Shown here: positions 13,098 through 25,302 of the stretch, in pieces
How positions within the stretch are numbered: the stretch's first letter is position 1
How the letters are laid out: each line of letters begins with the position of its first letter
Source: Patellaria atrata CBS 101060
Taxonomy: Eukaryota
Direction: 5' to 3'
DNA length: 64,000 nucleotides
Assembly (NCBI GenBank): GCA_010093705.1
Contig: MU006089.1
Coordinates: 415,570-479,569 of the forward strand
Program-made: the position numbers and the translations under genes
The notes under the pieces: model-generated
The model's input: only the letters and a program-made list of their open reading frames with translations
Databases searched by the model: none
What the model was told of the DNA's origin: nothing

Positions 13098-14661
13098 CTA
13101 GCTATCTCGCACCCCCTGCGGACTCCTATTAACTTGAACCCTCTTATCACTCCCCGCACTAACAACACCCACCTCCCCATCCCAAACGATGCCAAAAACC
13201 TTAACCTCGTCCCCCCTGACCGGCTTCTTCCTCCCCCTCCCACTCTCTCGCTCAATCGTATACACACACTCGACCTCCGGCGCGCCGATGCCGCCGCTCC
13301 CGGGTCGCGCGGCCCGCACATCCCATATGCGGACCGTGCTGTCCAGGGCGCCGCTCGCGAGGCCGTACGCGCTAGAGGGATCGGTGGAGAGGGCCCAGAC
13401 AGTGCCGGTGTGGCCACGGAGCGTGAGGGCCGAGACGGCGGTGGCGGAGGCGCGCGGGTCGATGAGGATGATGGAGCGGGCGTCTGTACCTGTGGCCACG
13501 AGGCCGAGGTCTTGGAGCGGGGTGAGGCAGCTCAGGGCGTGGGCAGTCGTGCGCGTGTCAACGAGGGTGCGGGTTGCGAGGTCCCAGGTGCGCAGGGTGT
13601 GGTCGAGTGAGCTGGAGTATGCGACTGTGGGGTCGTTGGGGGCGAAGGAGACGGAGGTGACGGACGCAGTGTGCCCGGTCATTAGGGCGAGCGAACCGCG
13701 TTGGGAGACGGAGTTGGGGTTGGGGTTGAGTTTGCGGCGTTTGTTGGATGAGGAGGGGAGGAGGGATTGGGGGGCTGGTGGTGCATCGGTTTTTTTCGAG
13801 GACCAGATGCCTACGGTGTGGTCTTGGGAGGCGGAGAGGAGGCGGGAAGAGGGTGCGTGCACGGCGATGGAATCGACGCTGGCTTTGTGGCCGTAGAGTT
13901 CGACGGAGGGGGTAAGGGTGGATGTGGGCCCGAAGTCAGGCATAGATTCGTACTTCCAGAGTCGTATTGTGCGGTCGAAGCTTGCCGATACGACTCTTGT
14001 GGGGGAGAGAAACTTTGCGTTGGTTATGTGGTTGTTGTGGCTTACTGAGGATATGGCCTCGACCTCGGACGACATGTTCCATATGCGTAGTAACCCATCG
14101 TCTGACCCAGACAGGATCTTCTCCTGGCCTGAAGGTACACCTGGGCTATTGTTTGTCCATATAGATGCTGGGGAAGAGCCAGAAAGAACATCTATAGCGC
14201 TAACCCACGAATCGTGCTCAAATGAGGCAACGTGAAGTGGCGGTATCAGTGCACGTACATATTCGACTGTAAGTGTGGTCTCAGCTGATATACCGTTCGC
14301 TGTGAGAAAGTCCTCAATCGACGTCCGAAGAAATTGACCAAGTATCAAAAATTCGAATGGTACAGGTGTAGGAGTATCTAATAGGGTATTTATGAGAGTA
14401 GAAAGAGCATATCGACGAAACTCTAGACACTATTGTGTTAGCAATTATCTTTTCTATATAGACGCTGGCGCATGATCACACGCTAGAATTCTGTACTCAT
14501 TGAATGCTTGCTAGATAGTCTGAACACGTACTTGTCGCAACCAGAATTGGTGCGGAAGCTTCAGCGGGAAGCTCGTGATCTGTATCTCGGGTGATAAACT
14601 GTATCCGTATCTTAGAGGTTTGCTCTTGTGCAGGTCCTGGTTGCTCCAAATCGCCCGACAT
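13098..14661 (-). CDS. YTM1: Ribosome biogenesis protein Ytm1/WDR12 (NLE domain + WD40); exons 14661-14532, 14422-13098
   Basis: RYALSTLINTLL, FEFLILGQFLRTSIEDFL, EYVRALIPP..FEHDSWVSAI, then WD40 repeats. Confidence 0.93.
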
Positions 14662-15185
14662 CTTCGATATTACCACAAACCAACTTGTCCTGGAAATTTT
14701 TGGTGTGATGAAGATTTGGCAACGTGCTAACCTATAATGGTATAGAAGATAACTGTATATCAATCTTATCCGATGAGATTAGATAACGATTACATATACT
14801 GGTCCTTTGCAACGTCAGAGCTAACGTCTACCATATTCAACCCATATCTGATTCAGACCACTCTTAGCACTAATAGAGGACCTTTTCTTTTCCGACCCCC
14901 CTAAATCGACTTTTGCCTAGAACGAAGTGGATCGTACCACTGGAAGTCTTACGGTAAGTGAGTCACGGTTTCATTGTAAGTATAAATTCTGTTCACTCTC
15001 AAAGTAAATATCTTCCAGCATAAAAATATATCTATTCAACAAGTCCTCCCAGACCCCTTTACCTCACTTCGTAAGGCCTGCTCTCTTATTGCTCACCATA
15101 CCTTCCTCTCACGGTCTCACCCGGGAGGCACTCAAGGCTTTACTGCAGACATATATATGTCCTGGGTGAATCGTTTAGATCCGGG

Positions 15186-17040
15186 ATGGTGGGCCTCTGG
15201 CTTGAGGAAGAGACTGACCTTGGCGCGTTACGGCGAACAAGACCGATTTCATAACGAAGGATATTTTGAGCTCGGTAATTTCTGTTTGAACTCGATGATG
15301 TGATCGATTTCATTCTCAGAGCTCCTCGTCGGAAGAGCAAAGACCCTGCGCTCTCGAAATTAGCATCACAAATCGCTCCACTCATGTACGCTACTCCAGG
15401 TGGGTCATTGAGCTCACTGATCAAATATGAAAAAGACATTTCGTTCCTGATGCGTATTGCTCGCACAACTAAAAAGGAATTATTTAAGGGCGAGGAACGA
15501 GACAAGAATACGAGCCATTGGCTTGAGGAAGTCCGAACTTCGGGAGCATGGGATCAGATTATGGATGCGGGTATGCTGCGAGGCTCAGTAGATGTAAGGA
15601 AACCTTGTGAACCCGCTCCTTGGTAGGCTCCAAGGAACTTTTACGAGCACCTAAGTGAAGTCGGAACACATACAACAAGCTGGTCCACAAAATCGGATGA
15701 GAGTGTAGATTGTGAAGAACCATTGTACCTTCACGAGGATGCTGGTGTTTTCGCGAGGCATTTTGTATGAGGATGGTCGAATGGACCTCTGCGACCTGGA
15801 TGTAGGTCCACGCGAGGCTCGCTTGCTGATGAACAGTTTACGAAAGGACCAATTTGTAAAGCACATCCTCTTGGGGAACTGTCCCGTTGGTTCAGGAGTA
15901 TAGAGACACGCAACTTCATCGGGTCCTTCACTAACCCCATCCAAACATGGTACCTAGCAAGAAACTATATAACAAAGAGCGACTTTTCCATACCTATTAA
16001 CGCGATGATAACATCTGACGCCATTGGAACTGTCTGGTTGAAGAGAAATTCACTCGGTCTTGACTCTGCTGCGGGTATTCTCTCTTTGATCAGCTACACA
16101 CGCAATCTTCGCACCCTGAACCTCGACCTAACTGATATCGGAGACGATGGCACCAAAAGAATCTTTCGTGCATTGAATACGTATAATTATAAGAGTCCAG
16201 TTGGGCTGAGAAATCTATATCTCGGTGGGGTAGGGATCGTCTCGGTGGGATAGGGATCGCGGAGGCTGGTGCGACCGCGATTGGACAGTATCTTGCCGCC
16301 CCGGGATGCCAGATCATCTCATTATATCTATCATGCAATCTTCTCGGCGTGAAAAAAGTAAAGATCCTTGCCAGAGGCTTATGGCTGGCCAGACGTCTCA
16401 GGAAGCTGATACTTGCCTCGACCGTTCTGCTTGACGAAGGAGTAATCGCGATTTGCGACTCTCTACGCGATCTCTCGAGCATAGAGACATTAGATCTAGG
16501 ACAGAGTCTCTTGATGGATGATCCTTGTTACATTGTAAACAACTGGATTTCCGATGGGTCCATATCAGCCATCCAGTCTATAGTTCAAACCACGCCGATC
16601 AGGTACCTAACCCTAGGAGATTCCGCCCTTTCAGTAGAAGGTCTTATCACTCTCCTTCTGACAGCAATGAAGTCTAAATCCTTCTTCTATTACACCGCAC
16701 GCTCATTCCACAAGGCCAATAAAGACAGGGAGATGTATTTCCTGCGTAAGGAGCATGCTCATATGTATAAGCTGCTCCAAGAACGTTTGGAGGATAATGT
16801 GCACGCAGGGTTTAGGATGAGTTATGAAAACTTCCTGAACTGGGAGGTATGCTAGCTAGTCAGCAATAGAGACCTGAGAAATATTGACAGCGTGAATCGT
16901 GTCGATAGCGCCGCTGCTGCGAGAAAAGGATTAAGGTGTCGTAAAAAACCAGATAGTTGGTGGGAAGAGGATGATGAGATGATGGCGGCTAGCGGGGATG
17001 CTTATAATGGTTGGACAAAACGATACTTCGTGGTCTGACG
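15186..17040 (+). pseudogene. Degenerate RNI-like leucine-rich repeat protein gene
   Basis: Collinear fragments in different frames (GILYEDGRMDLC, VKHILLGNCPVG, VWLKRNSLG, LRTLNLDLTDIGDDG, LRKLILASTVLLDEG, IETLDLG) are broken by stops and frameshifts; boundaries approximate. Confidence 0.7.
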
Positions 17041-17827
17041 TTCGCGATGCTCCAAAAACACCGAGAGCTTTCATCCTCGATAAGAGCACCTATGGCTGAA
17101 GTCGGTCTATTGCATGTGCATATGGATCGCGAAGAGTCCGCTATGAAGACCTCAATGTCATTCTCAAAAAGGGACAAGTATAAAGTTTTCTCTTTCTCTC
17201 GATAGTGTGTCCTATCACCTCCCCTCAGCTGGAAGGATATTCAAGAGGTCATGATATTGGCCTTAGGTAACCGCTCAATAGGGGGGAAGTGCAAGGGTTG
17301 CTCGCTCCTCCTATTGTAAGCGCAGCTTATGACTTGTTTCTGGCCATCACAAGAGTTAGTGTCACGTTTTCGTTTTTGAGAACATTCAAGGGGACTGGTT
17401 AAAAAAGACTAGATCTGTTAAAATAAAAAGGCTTCGCTCGGTATGAGGTTCTTTAAAAACTGGACCTTCTTCAGGTATTCGTTTTCTTCAGCTGTAGGGT
17501 TCTCTATGCTCGTATGTAGGATGCTCCCCCTCTTTGTGTTTTGGTGAGTATTGGTAAGACCTAGTTGGCTCAGGCGTACACCCATAATTATGTTTTTCAT
17601 TTATATAAATTGAAAATCAACTATTGCGGTATCAGACGATTAAGAAGAAAATACGTCTATGATCCCCACTTCCTTGCTTTACATAGCATTATTTATACTT
17701 CTATCATCAAAAGTAATAAGTAATCTCAAACCAAAGCAAGTCATCTTCACATGATCGACGCAATAGAAGGATACTACCCAACCAACATGCCAGACTCAAC
17801 AACTTCCACCCCACGCCAACAAGCCCA

Positions 17828-18912
17828 TCACTTCCCCTCCCCCTTCCCAGGCACCTCCACAGCCGGCTCATCCCCAGCCCTCTCCCCCACCCCCTCCTCA
17901 GGAAAATCCATTCTCTCGATCCCCGCCGGCTCCTTCCGACTCCCTCCCAATCCACCTCCCCTCTCCCTCGTCTCCTCCGACTCCCTCAACCCTCTCCCGG
18001 CCTTCCAATCCCGCACCTCCCCCAACCCAACTCCGCCATCCTCGAACTCGAAGACCCGGAAATCCCCATTCCGGAACCACATCCCGGCCACCGCCGTGCG
18101 CAGGAACCCAGAATGCGACACCACGGCGATGACCTTTTCTTCGCGGGTAGAGAGGGCGCTGAGGGCGTCGTGGCCGCGCGCGAGGATGGCGCGGCGGGTG
18201 AAGGCGAAGGGGCCGGTTTTGGCGGGGTAGAGGGGGTAGGTTGAGGGAAGGGTAGCGAGGGAGAGGGAGAGAGGGTGTGTGCTGGGGATGTGAGGGGGGG
18301 TGGAGTGGAGAAGGGAGAGGGCGGGGACCGGGGGGAGGCCTGTGTCGCAGGGTTTGTCTGAGTTTTCTGGGGGAGGTCTAGTTAGTGTTGTGTGGTAGTT
18401 TGAGGTGAGGTGGGAGATACAGGTTAAGATGGGCCAGGAAGGGGACACTGGGATATGAGATTGGGGTTTAAAGGAGGGAGTTGTAGGAGTTGGGTGAGTT
18501 TGGACAGAGGGATACACGTGCCTTGCCAGTAGGGGTCCACTTCCCATTTCACTCCCTCTTTGACAACGCCCTCTAAACTCTCGACCGCGGTCTGCATCGT
18601 CCGCAGCATGGGACTGACGATTACGGCTTCGATTTCTCGGGCTAGTGGGAAGGTCTTTAGGGCTTTGTTTAGCTCTTTGCATTGCTGGTGGCCGAACTCC
18701 GAGAGCTCGGGATCGGGGATGTCGTATTCTTGTGCTGGAAGTTAGCTTGAAGTTCATATCAAAGTAGTTTTGCTGGAGCGATTAAGGTCGAGAAGTGGAT
18801 TTTGAGATTAATTCTTGCTGTTACTGGTATAGTACTGGGAAGAAATGGGCTACTTATTGTTGACGTTATGAAGAGCTTGAGCATGTCTGATAAGAATCAA
18901 TGTTGGTGCCAT
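17828..18912 (-). CDS. Histidine phosphatase / phosphoglycerate mutase-like protein; 3 exons, second intron GC-AG
   Basis: MAPTLILIRHAQALHN (RHx motif), VSPMLRTMQTA, spliced WQ|ENSDKPCDTG, VIAVVSHSGFL. Confidence 0.88.
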
Positions 18913-19296
18913 GGTTTATTGCAGATCTGCTCTTCTCTCTATTTTGAATTCAACTTGGTGTATCGTAATACTTGTAGGATGATGACTAAGGCCGAACTTC
19001 GGTGTTGTAAGGTTTTTTTGGTACTCTTATGGTTGTGAGCAATCCAAACTGAGACGGAGAAAGAAAGTTCGATTGAAGATCTTTAAATAAACGCCATGTA
19101 CATGCAATTGCTATAGAAAGTTATAGTGTTAATCACACAGAGGTCGTGGTCCCAATAGGATTGGAGACAGAGTACCATGCGTGTTCCTAGATTCGCTAAA
19201 CCTAAGCTGCATGACATTAGCTTGACTCTCTGTTGCTCTAACATTTTCGCTCTCCATGCTAGCATAATACTCTTTAAGATCATCGTACAAGTATCT

Positions 19297-20378
19297 CTAC
19301 TCCTCCATTTTCGTGTCTTCATCGTCCTCGTCGCCCTCTAAAGCTTTCTTCGCCAATCTCTCGGCCTCCTCTCTTAGCTCCTTCGGGACCTCCTCATGCC
19401 TACCCTTCGTCGGTCCATCCTTGGAGCTAATCCAAGTCATTTCAAGCTCGAACTCCTTATCTTTGCTATCCTCATGGGCGAAGTAGAGGATACGTGCTGC
19501 TTCTTTGACGCCTTCCTCTAGCGTAAGGTTCCCGGCTGCGAGGTCTAGCTTCTCCAGCTCGGATTTTGCGGATTGCCTACCCTTCCCCGTAGCTGCACCA
19601 TAGTAGCCCTTATATACTGTTAGCATTTCTGAATAAACTTTAATCTGCGAATTGAGTTTGTCCCTACCCAGTATAATCCACTTGGTTCAATCATGTAGAG
19701 GGAAGGTCCACCTTTCTTTGAACCTTCTTGCTTGCCTCCTGAACCGACCGATGGTCCTGACCCAACCATGCCATCAACAGGTAGTTCATCCTCTGCATCC
19801 CATCCACCTATTATGGCTGTAACACCAAATGGTCGCACACTGGAGTAAAGGGTGTATGCTTGCACATAACTTCCCATACGGTTCGCTAAGGAAGAAGTGG
19901 GGATTGGTGCTTTGTACAATTTTCTCCATTGAGCAGCTTCATCACGCGCTCGGGAAACGAAGTGGCGACCATCTGGTGTAAGACCTGAAGAAACCTTTTG
20001 CGGATTAGACACGAGAATTTTACGAGACTTTTGCGATTAACATACAATGCCAGCGTTTCGGTCCACCGTTGCTATCCGTTTGTTCGCACCATGTTTAAGA
20101 AGCTTGCTGACAACGAGCTTTTCCAGAGCTAGAACTACACCATCTTTGCATCGTATGCCTATAGCTGTGCCACCGTTCTCGACTGCTTTTACTGCATATT
20201 CTACCTTTCATCATGTCAGATTTAAATCGACCAAAGTAGGGGAATTGGACGCATACTTGGAAGTTTCTACCGTCTGGGGAGAAGACGGAGTTGCTCAAAT
20301 CGTACCCTGTACCTATTGAAGTCTGTTTGTGCGGTTAGCATGATCCGGAACCTAGCAACAAGAGGAGGATCTAACCAT
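19297..20378 (-). CDS. PRE10: 20S proteasome subunit alpha7; first exon is only the ATG
   Basis: [69 protein letters not shown]. Confidence 0.96.
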
Positions 20379-21407
20379 GATGACGGAAGCAGGTAATGAA
20401 GATCTAGGGAGAACTAAACAAAGGTATGAACAGGTTCAAGGGTGAGAGCGAGCGTATATGATGAGTTATGGTTCTAACATCAAGCTCTCCAGGCTGCTTG
20501 AGAGCGCGCGTTGAAGCTCCCGGGAACCTTAAACGCTTTGACGTTCGATTATGTCAGCAGACTATTTCCAGCCTCATAGTGTGGCGGGTGGAGGTGCACT
20601 TGTGGCGCAGGGCTAATCGTGATCCGGAGGCCAACGGAACGGAACCTTTTTCGATGCTTGAATCATCTTCAACTCTTTCTCGCAAACTATCAGATTCATT
20701 ATTCATACCATCATTGGGCAAGATTATCCTGTCGACTGCCTGAAAAGGTTTTTCTCGCCGCTCGTCCGCATATAATAACTGTTTATCTGCAACTCGATCA
20801 ATACAGTTTACAATCGCACCCTTTTTCAGGCGAATCGCTTGTGGTTGATCGTTTTGGTGAGTTCCTGTACGAATTTTCGGTGCGCTGTCAAAAGCATACG
20901 TATCGTAGCGTCACCCTATTGGACTCTAGACCTTTGGCGGAGCAATTTGCGTTTCATATGTCCGCCGAGGGCCACGAATGAATTGGAAGGGAACACTCCA
21001 CACTCACAGGCACTCTGAGACCCCATGACCGCATCTCCCGCTTCGTGCAGAGGCAGAAGGAAAACACCACATATAACGTAGTCAAGTCACTATCCACTGT
21101 TGATCTACAGTGAATAATATCTAAAACTCTTTGACTTCTTTTTCACATTCTCTAACTGTGGGCTTTATATATGTCAAAGTACCGGCGTGTTGAGACCTTG
21201 ATTGCAACCTAATTTGCACATCTCCGCTCGAATAAAGGACTTTCGAAGCGCCAAATCGAGGAAATCATATCACTGATAAATCTTCCTTCGACCACTTGTA
21301 ATTGCTGGTCCGCTATTTCTTTACTTTTGTTCTTTTTACTTCCTGCTCAAATTCCCCACTAACTCTAGTATATCCTGAATACTCAAGACTCGAGAGATCT
21401 TCCCTGC

Positions 21408-22460
21408 ATGCAGCCACAATTGGTCCACTATTGTACATCTTGTACATATAGTACTCCCGTTCTCTTTTCAGCGTCCGTCTTCTCAGGCAATCAAATCTGT
21501 AGTCATGTACTAACCTGAACCCCGTCTACTGCAATACATGGTACATTTGACTGACGTTGAGAATAGTGCGGTGTCGTCTCGGAAGGAATCCACGTACAGA
21601 GTACTCAAGAAGAACAAGACAACATGCAGCAAGACGAATTAGCGAATATCTTCGCCCGTAACCTTACTCTCTCCTCTATTCCACCTCCCGCAGATCCCGT
21701 AGCACAGCGAGACCCAATTACTGCCCCGCAATCTGAAGAGAAACCCCAAGCAATCGTATATGCGTCCACACACTACACCCATTCGTACCATCTTGCGCCC
21801 AAAGCTGCATCAGAACCTTCCTCTACAACTATTCCTCGCGAAGATCTCGTAGCCATCTTCCTTAGAAACAACATAGACCCCAGTCTTCTCGTCCCCTCTC
21901 AAATTAACCTTTTCCAGAACGCAGATGACGACCAACGGCTTCGTCTCTTAGAGCTATGGCGCATCTCCCCGCCCAGTTATGGAAACCATGCACTAGCTCA
22001 AGAACTTTCTACAACGTGGCAGGTCACAAGCCTAGAGCAAGAGGAGGAACTAGCAAGGTTGAGGTATGAACGCAAGATGGAGGATGATAGGAGCAATATC
22101 TTAGCACACCATCAACACCAGATGGATGGCATAATGGAGGATGTTCCAGAGCTTACCTCACGACCAAGCACCACATCACCAGTTCTCGGACAGCGGGAGA
22201 GGGAGCGTGAACGCAGGAATAGTGTAGAGCCCTACATGGTGTCTGGCTACGAAGCGTTGGCTAGACGGGATTACGCGAATCAGGCTAACACGCTACGGGA
22301 GTCGACGAGGCACAACACTGCCACGGATCCCGTATATAAGAATACTGGCCTGTGGGAGAAACCCGATATGTCGAGCATGGAGAACCAATACGGCGCGTTT
22401 GCGGCTATGAGAGACGGTTACGGAGGATTTCAGGATAATGATGATGTGATGATGATGTGA
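21408..22460 (+). CDS. Uncharacterised protein; main exon 21567-22460 plus probable 5' exons 21408-21441 and 21487-21506
   Basis: A 278-aa ORF (NIDPSLLVPSQINLFQNADDDQRLRLLELWRISPP; AEPYM-like motif) is preceded by a branch site/acceptor (CTGAC..AATAG at 21566). The upstream exons splice in frame. Confidence 0.75.
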
Positions 22461-22995
22461 TCAGAAGGATATCCATGCTGTGGAAATTCTCTCAATAGAA
22501 ATAGGGGATACCACATGTACAGAAAATGCATTCTTGTTTGTTATTGTCATCATGAGCAGGTGGTCGGAGATTGTTATACTCATCACGTGCTCGGGAAATG
22601 GACATCGCTGTCTCTAATGGATGGACCTGAGGTATATATTGTATATTGCCAACATCATTGGAGGAAGGTTTTCTCTTTGGCGGACAATTCGTTCAGTGGA
22701 GGATATACCAGAATCAGGTTGTACATGGGATACACAGGTTCTATACCTTAGCAGTGAGGTAGGGACGTAATCCTCGATATGATAGGGCGAGCTCCGATAA
22801 CGAAATTCTGGATAGTGTTTTGATATTCCCATTTGTACAATTGGCACAATACAGTAATAGACAATAAAGTGACAGAATTTGGAGCAAATCCATCTTCCAA
22901 CGCCATGGATAAATGCAGCATGCGTTCCTTCTCGATTCCACCTCCCATTTAAACATATCGCTGCCCCAATCCACACCACACCCACGTATCTACGA

Positions 22996-23665
22996 TCATT
23001 TCGGCCACTTCTTCCACCCCCTACCATGACCTTTCTGCAAACCTGTTAGCCTCCACCCTCAACCGACGGTAAATCGTGTTCGACACGAATGAGCAACTCA
23101 CCTCCTTCCACAGCCTAACCATCTCCCCCATACCCATCATCGCCTCCCTCCGCTTCTCCAACCGTCCCTCCATAGTCCTTTCCCACTTCTTCCCCTTGAC
23201 AACCTGGCCTACTCCCGTCCCGCGCACGCGCAACCCGCGCTCCTCCCTCTTCTGCGCTTTCGTGAGCGGGTTCTTTTTGCTGGGCGGCAGCAGGTCCAGC
23301 ACGTTGTGCTTCAGCGCGAGTTTGCAGAGGTCCGCTTGTCGACGGAGGGAGTAGAGGGGCCCGCGCCAGCGGCCGGTGCGGAGATTGAGGAAGGGCGAGA
23401 AGGGGTTGTGGTGGATTTCGGCGGGGAGGGGTGTGGTTGATGATGGAGAGGGGGAGGGGTGTTCTGTTGTTGAGGCGTTGGGGTCCGTGGGGGCTGTTGT
23501 TGATACGGTGCTCGTTGTGGATGTGGTTGATGGTGATACCTCTGCGAGCGCTGGGTTGAACTTCTGCGGGAAGAGCAGCGGAGGGGGGTATTTGCGGAAG
23601 AAGTTTTGGAGTTTGAGGGGGAGACGTTGGGCGAGGCGGATGTGGGAGGGGTCGAGGTGAGCCAT
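22996..23665 (-). CDS. MRPL25: Mitochondrial ribosomal protein mL59; 2 exons
   Basis: LPLKLQNFFRKYPP, NPF..TGRWRGPLYSLRRQADLCK, VKGKKWER; the last exon reads KGHGRGWKKWPK. Confidence 0.9.
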
Positions 23666-23960
23666 TGTGGGAGATGTGGAGTGGGAATTGCAATTCGATG
23701 GTAGGGAGCTTGGATATCGTGAAATTTGCCCTGGGAATAGATTGATAGAGTTGTGGTGGTCTGTGCGTCGGAGCTTGCTTGAGGCTCTTACGAACGCGTT
23801 GGCTTGCTGGAACCTACAGACCTGACGACGACAAAAGATTTCAAAATCGGCGTTCTACCTCTCGAAACTCTCCCCTTCTTCGCTGTAAAGCTCGACGAAG
23901 CTTAATCCCATCTCCCCATCTCCATCCTCTTCCCATCACGCCCAGCTCAGACTCATCAGA

Positions 23961-24786
23961 ATGGTATACCTTAACCACCCCCCCCCCTTTCCAAAGCTCC
24001 CCAACCCCATAAACGCAAGACAAGCCCAAGCTAAGCAAGCCCACAGTCCTCGCCCTTCTCGATAAACGGCGGCGCCTGTGTAGCCATGGTCGGTAAAGAC
24101 TGCGTAGCGATAGCCTGCGACCTGCGCCTAGGAATGCAAGCCCTAACCGTATCGAACAACTTCCCCAAGATCTTCTCCTACGGAGACGTCTACTTGGGAC
24201 TGACGGGGCTGGCCACGGACGTGTCGACCGTGAGCGACCTGTTCCGCTATAAGGTGAACATGTACCGGTTGCGGGAGGAGCGGGCAATCAGTCCGCAGAC
24301 GCTCGCGAACCTCGTCAGCTCGAGTCTGTACGAGCGCCGCTTCGGGCCTTACTTTGTCAGTCCCGTCGTCGCAGGCATCAATCATACGACTGGGAAACCG
24401 TTCATCTGTGGCTTCGATAGTATCGGGTGTATTGATTTTGCTAAGGATTTCATCGTGAGTGGGACGGCGAGTGATCAGCTCTTTGGCACCTGTGAGGGAT
24501 TGTGGGAGCCGGATTTGGTGAGTTCGTTGCTTTTTTTTCTATTTTCAAGATCGGGCACGATGTGATGATGGTGCTTTGGGGGCTTTTGTGGCTATTTGAT
24601 TACAGAAGATGCATTGCTAATTCTATCTTTGCGTGAATATAGGGACCAGAAGACCTCTTCGAAACCGTTTCACAAGCCCTGCTGAATGCCGTCGACAGAG
24701 ACGCATTGTCTGGTTGGGGCGCCCACGTCTACATCATCGAGAAGGATAAGGTGACAAAGAGGTTACTAAAGGGAAGGCAAGACTAA
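23961..24786 (+). CDS. PUP3: 20S proteasome subunit beta3; first exon is only the ATG
   Basis: [43 protein letters not shown], and a C-terminal [20 protein letters not shown]. Confidence 0.96.
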
Positions 24787-25302
24787 GGGGATGAGGGGAT
24801 AGTGGGGTGGAAAGATGGCAGATATGCTTGCTCTATCATGTTCTTGCAAGGAGCTGGCGCTCATATCATTAAAAATGAGTTGGGCACTTATATGATATCA
24901 GCGGACTACATTTAGATGAGCGAGGACTCGATAGCATCTTGGGCGACTATAGAAGCGTCAAAAGCAGTTGATAGCCATCTATGGTGTTATCGTGTTCTGG
25001 TATTGTAGATCAGAGTCCCCCCAACCCCTGAATATGTTGGGGTGATCATCATAAAACGACAGGAACAACCATTTACTAGTCCAACTACGCTGTTCCCATT
25101 GTGGTTCGGACTATGCATAGTTGAAGAGTATCACATTGCTGCCTCATCCACATGAAGTATTAATACACGTAAAATCCTCCATGCAAGTCATAACACCTTT
25201 CCCCATCTGTTCCAGTCTAAACCACTCATGCCAGCTATGCATATCATATGAAGAGTTCCTCACTCCAACCAACCCCCTTTGAAAAAATGAATACCTTGAT
25301 GT

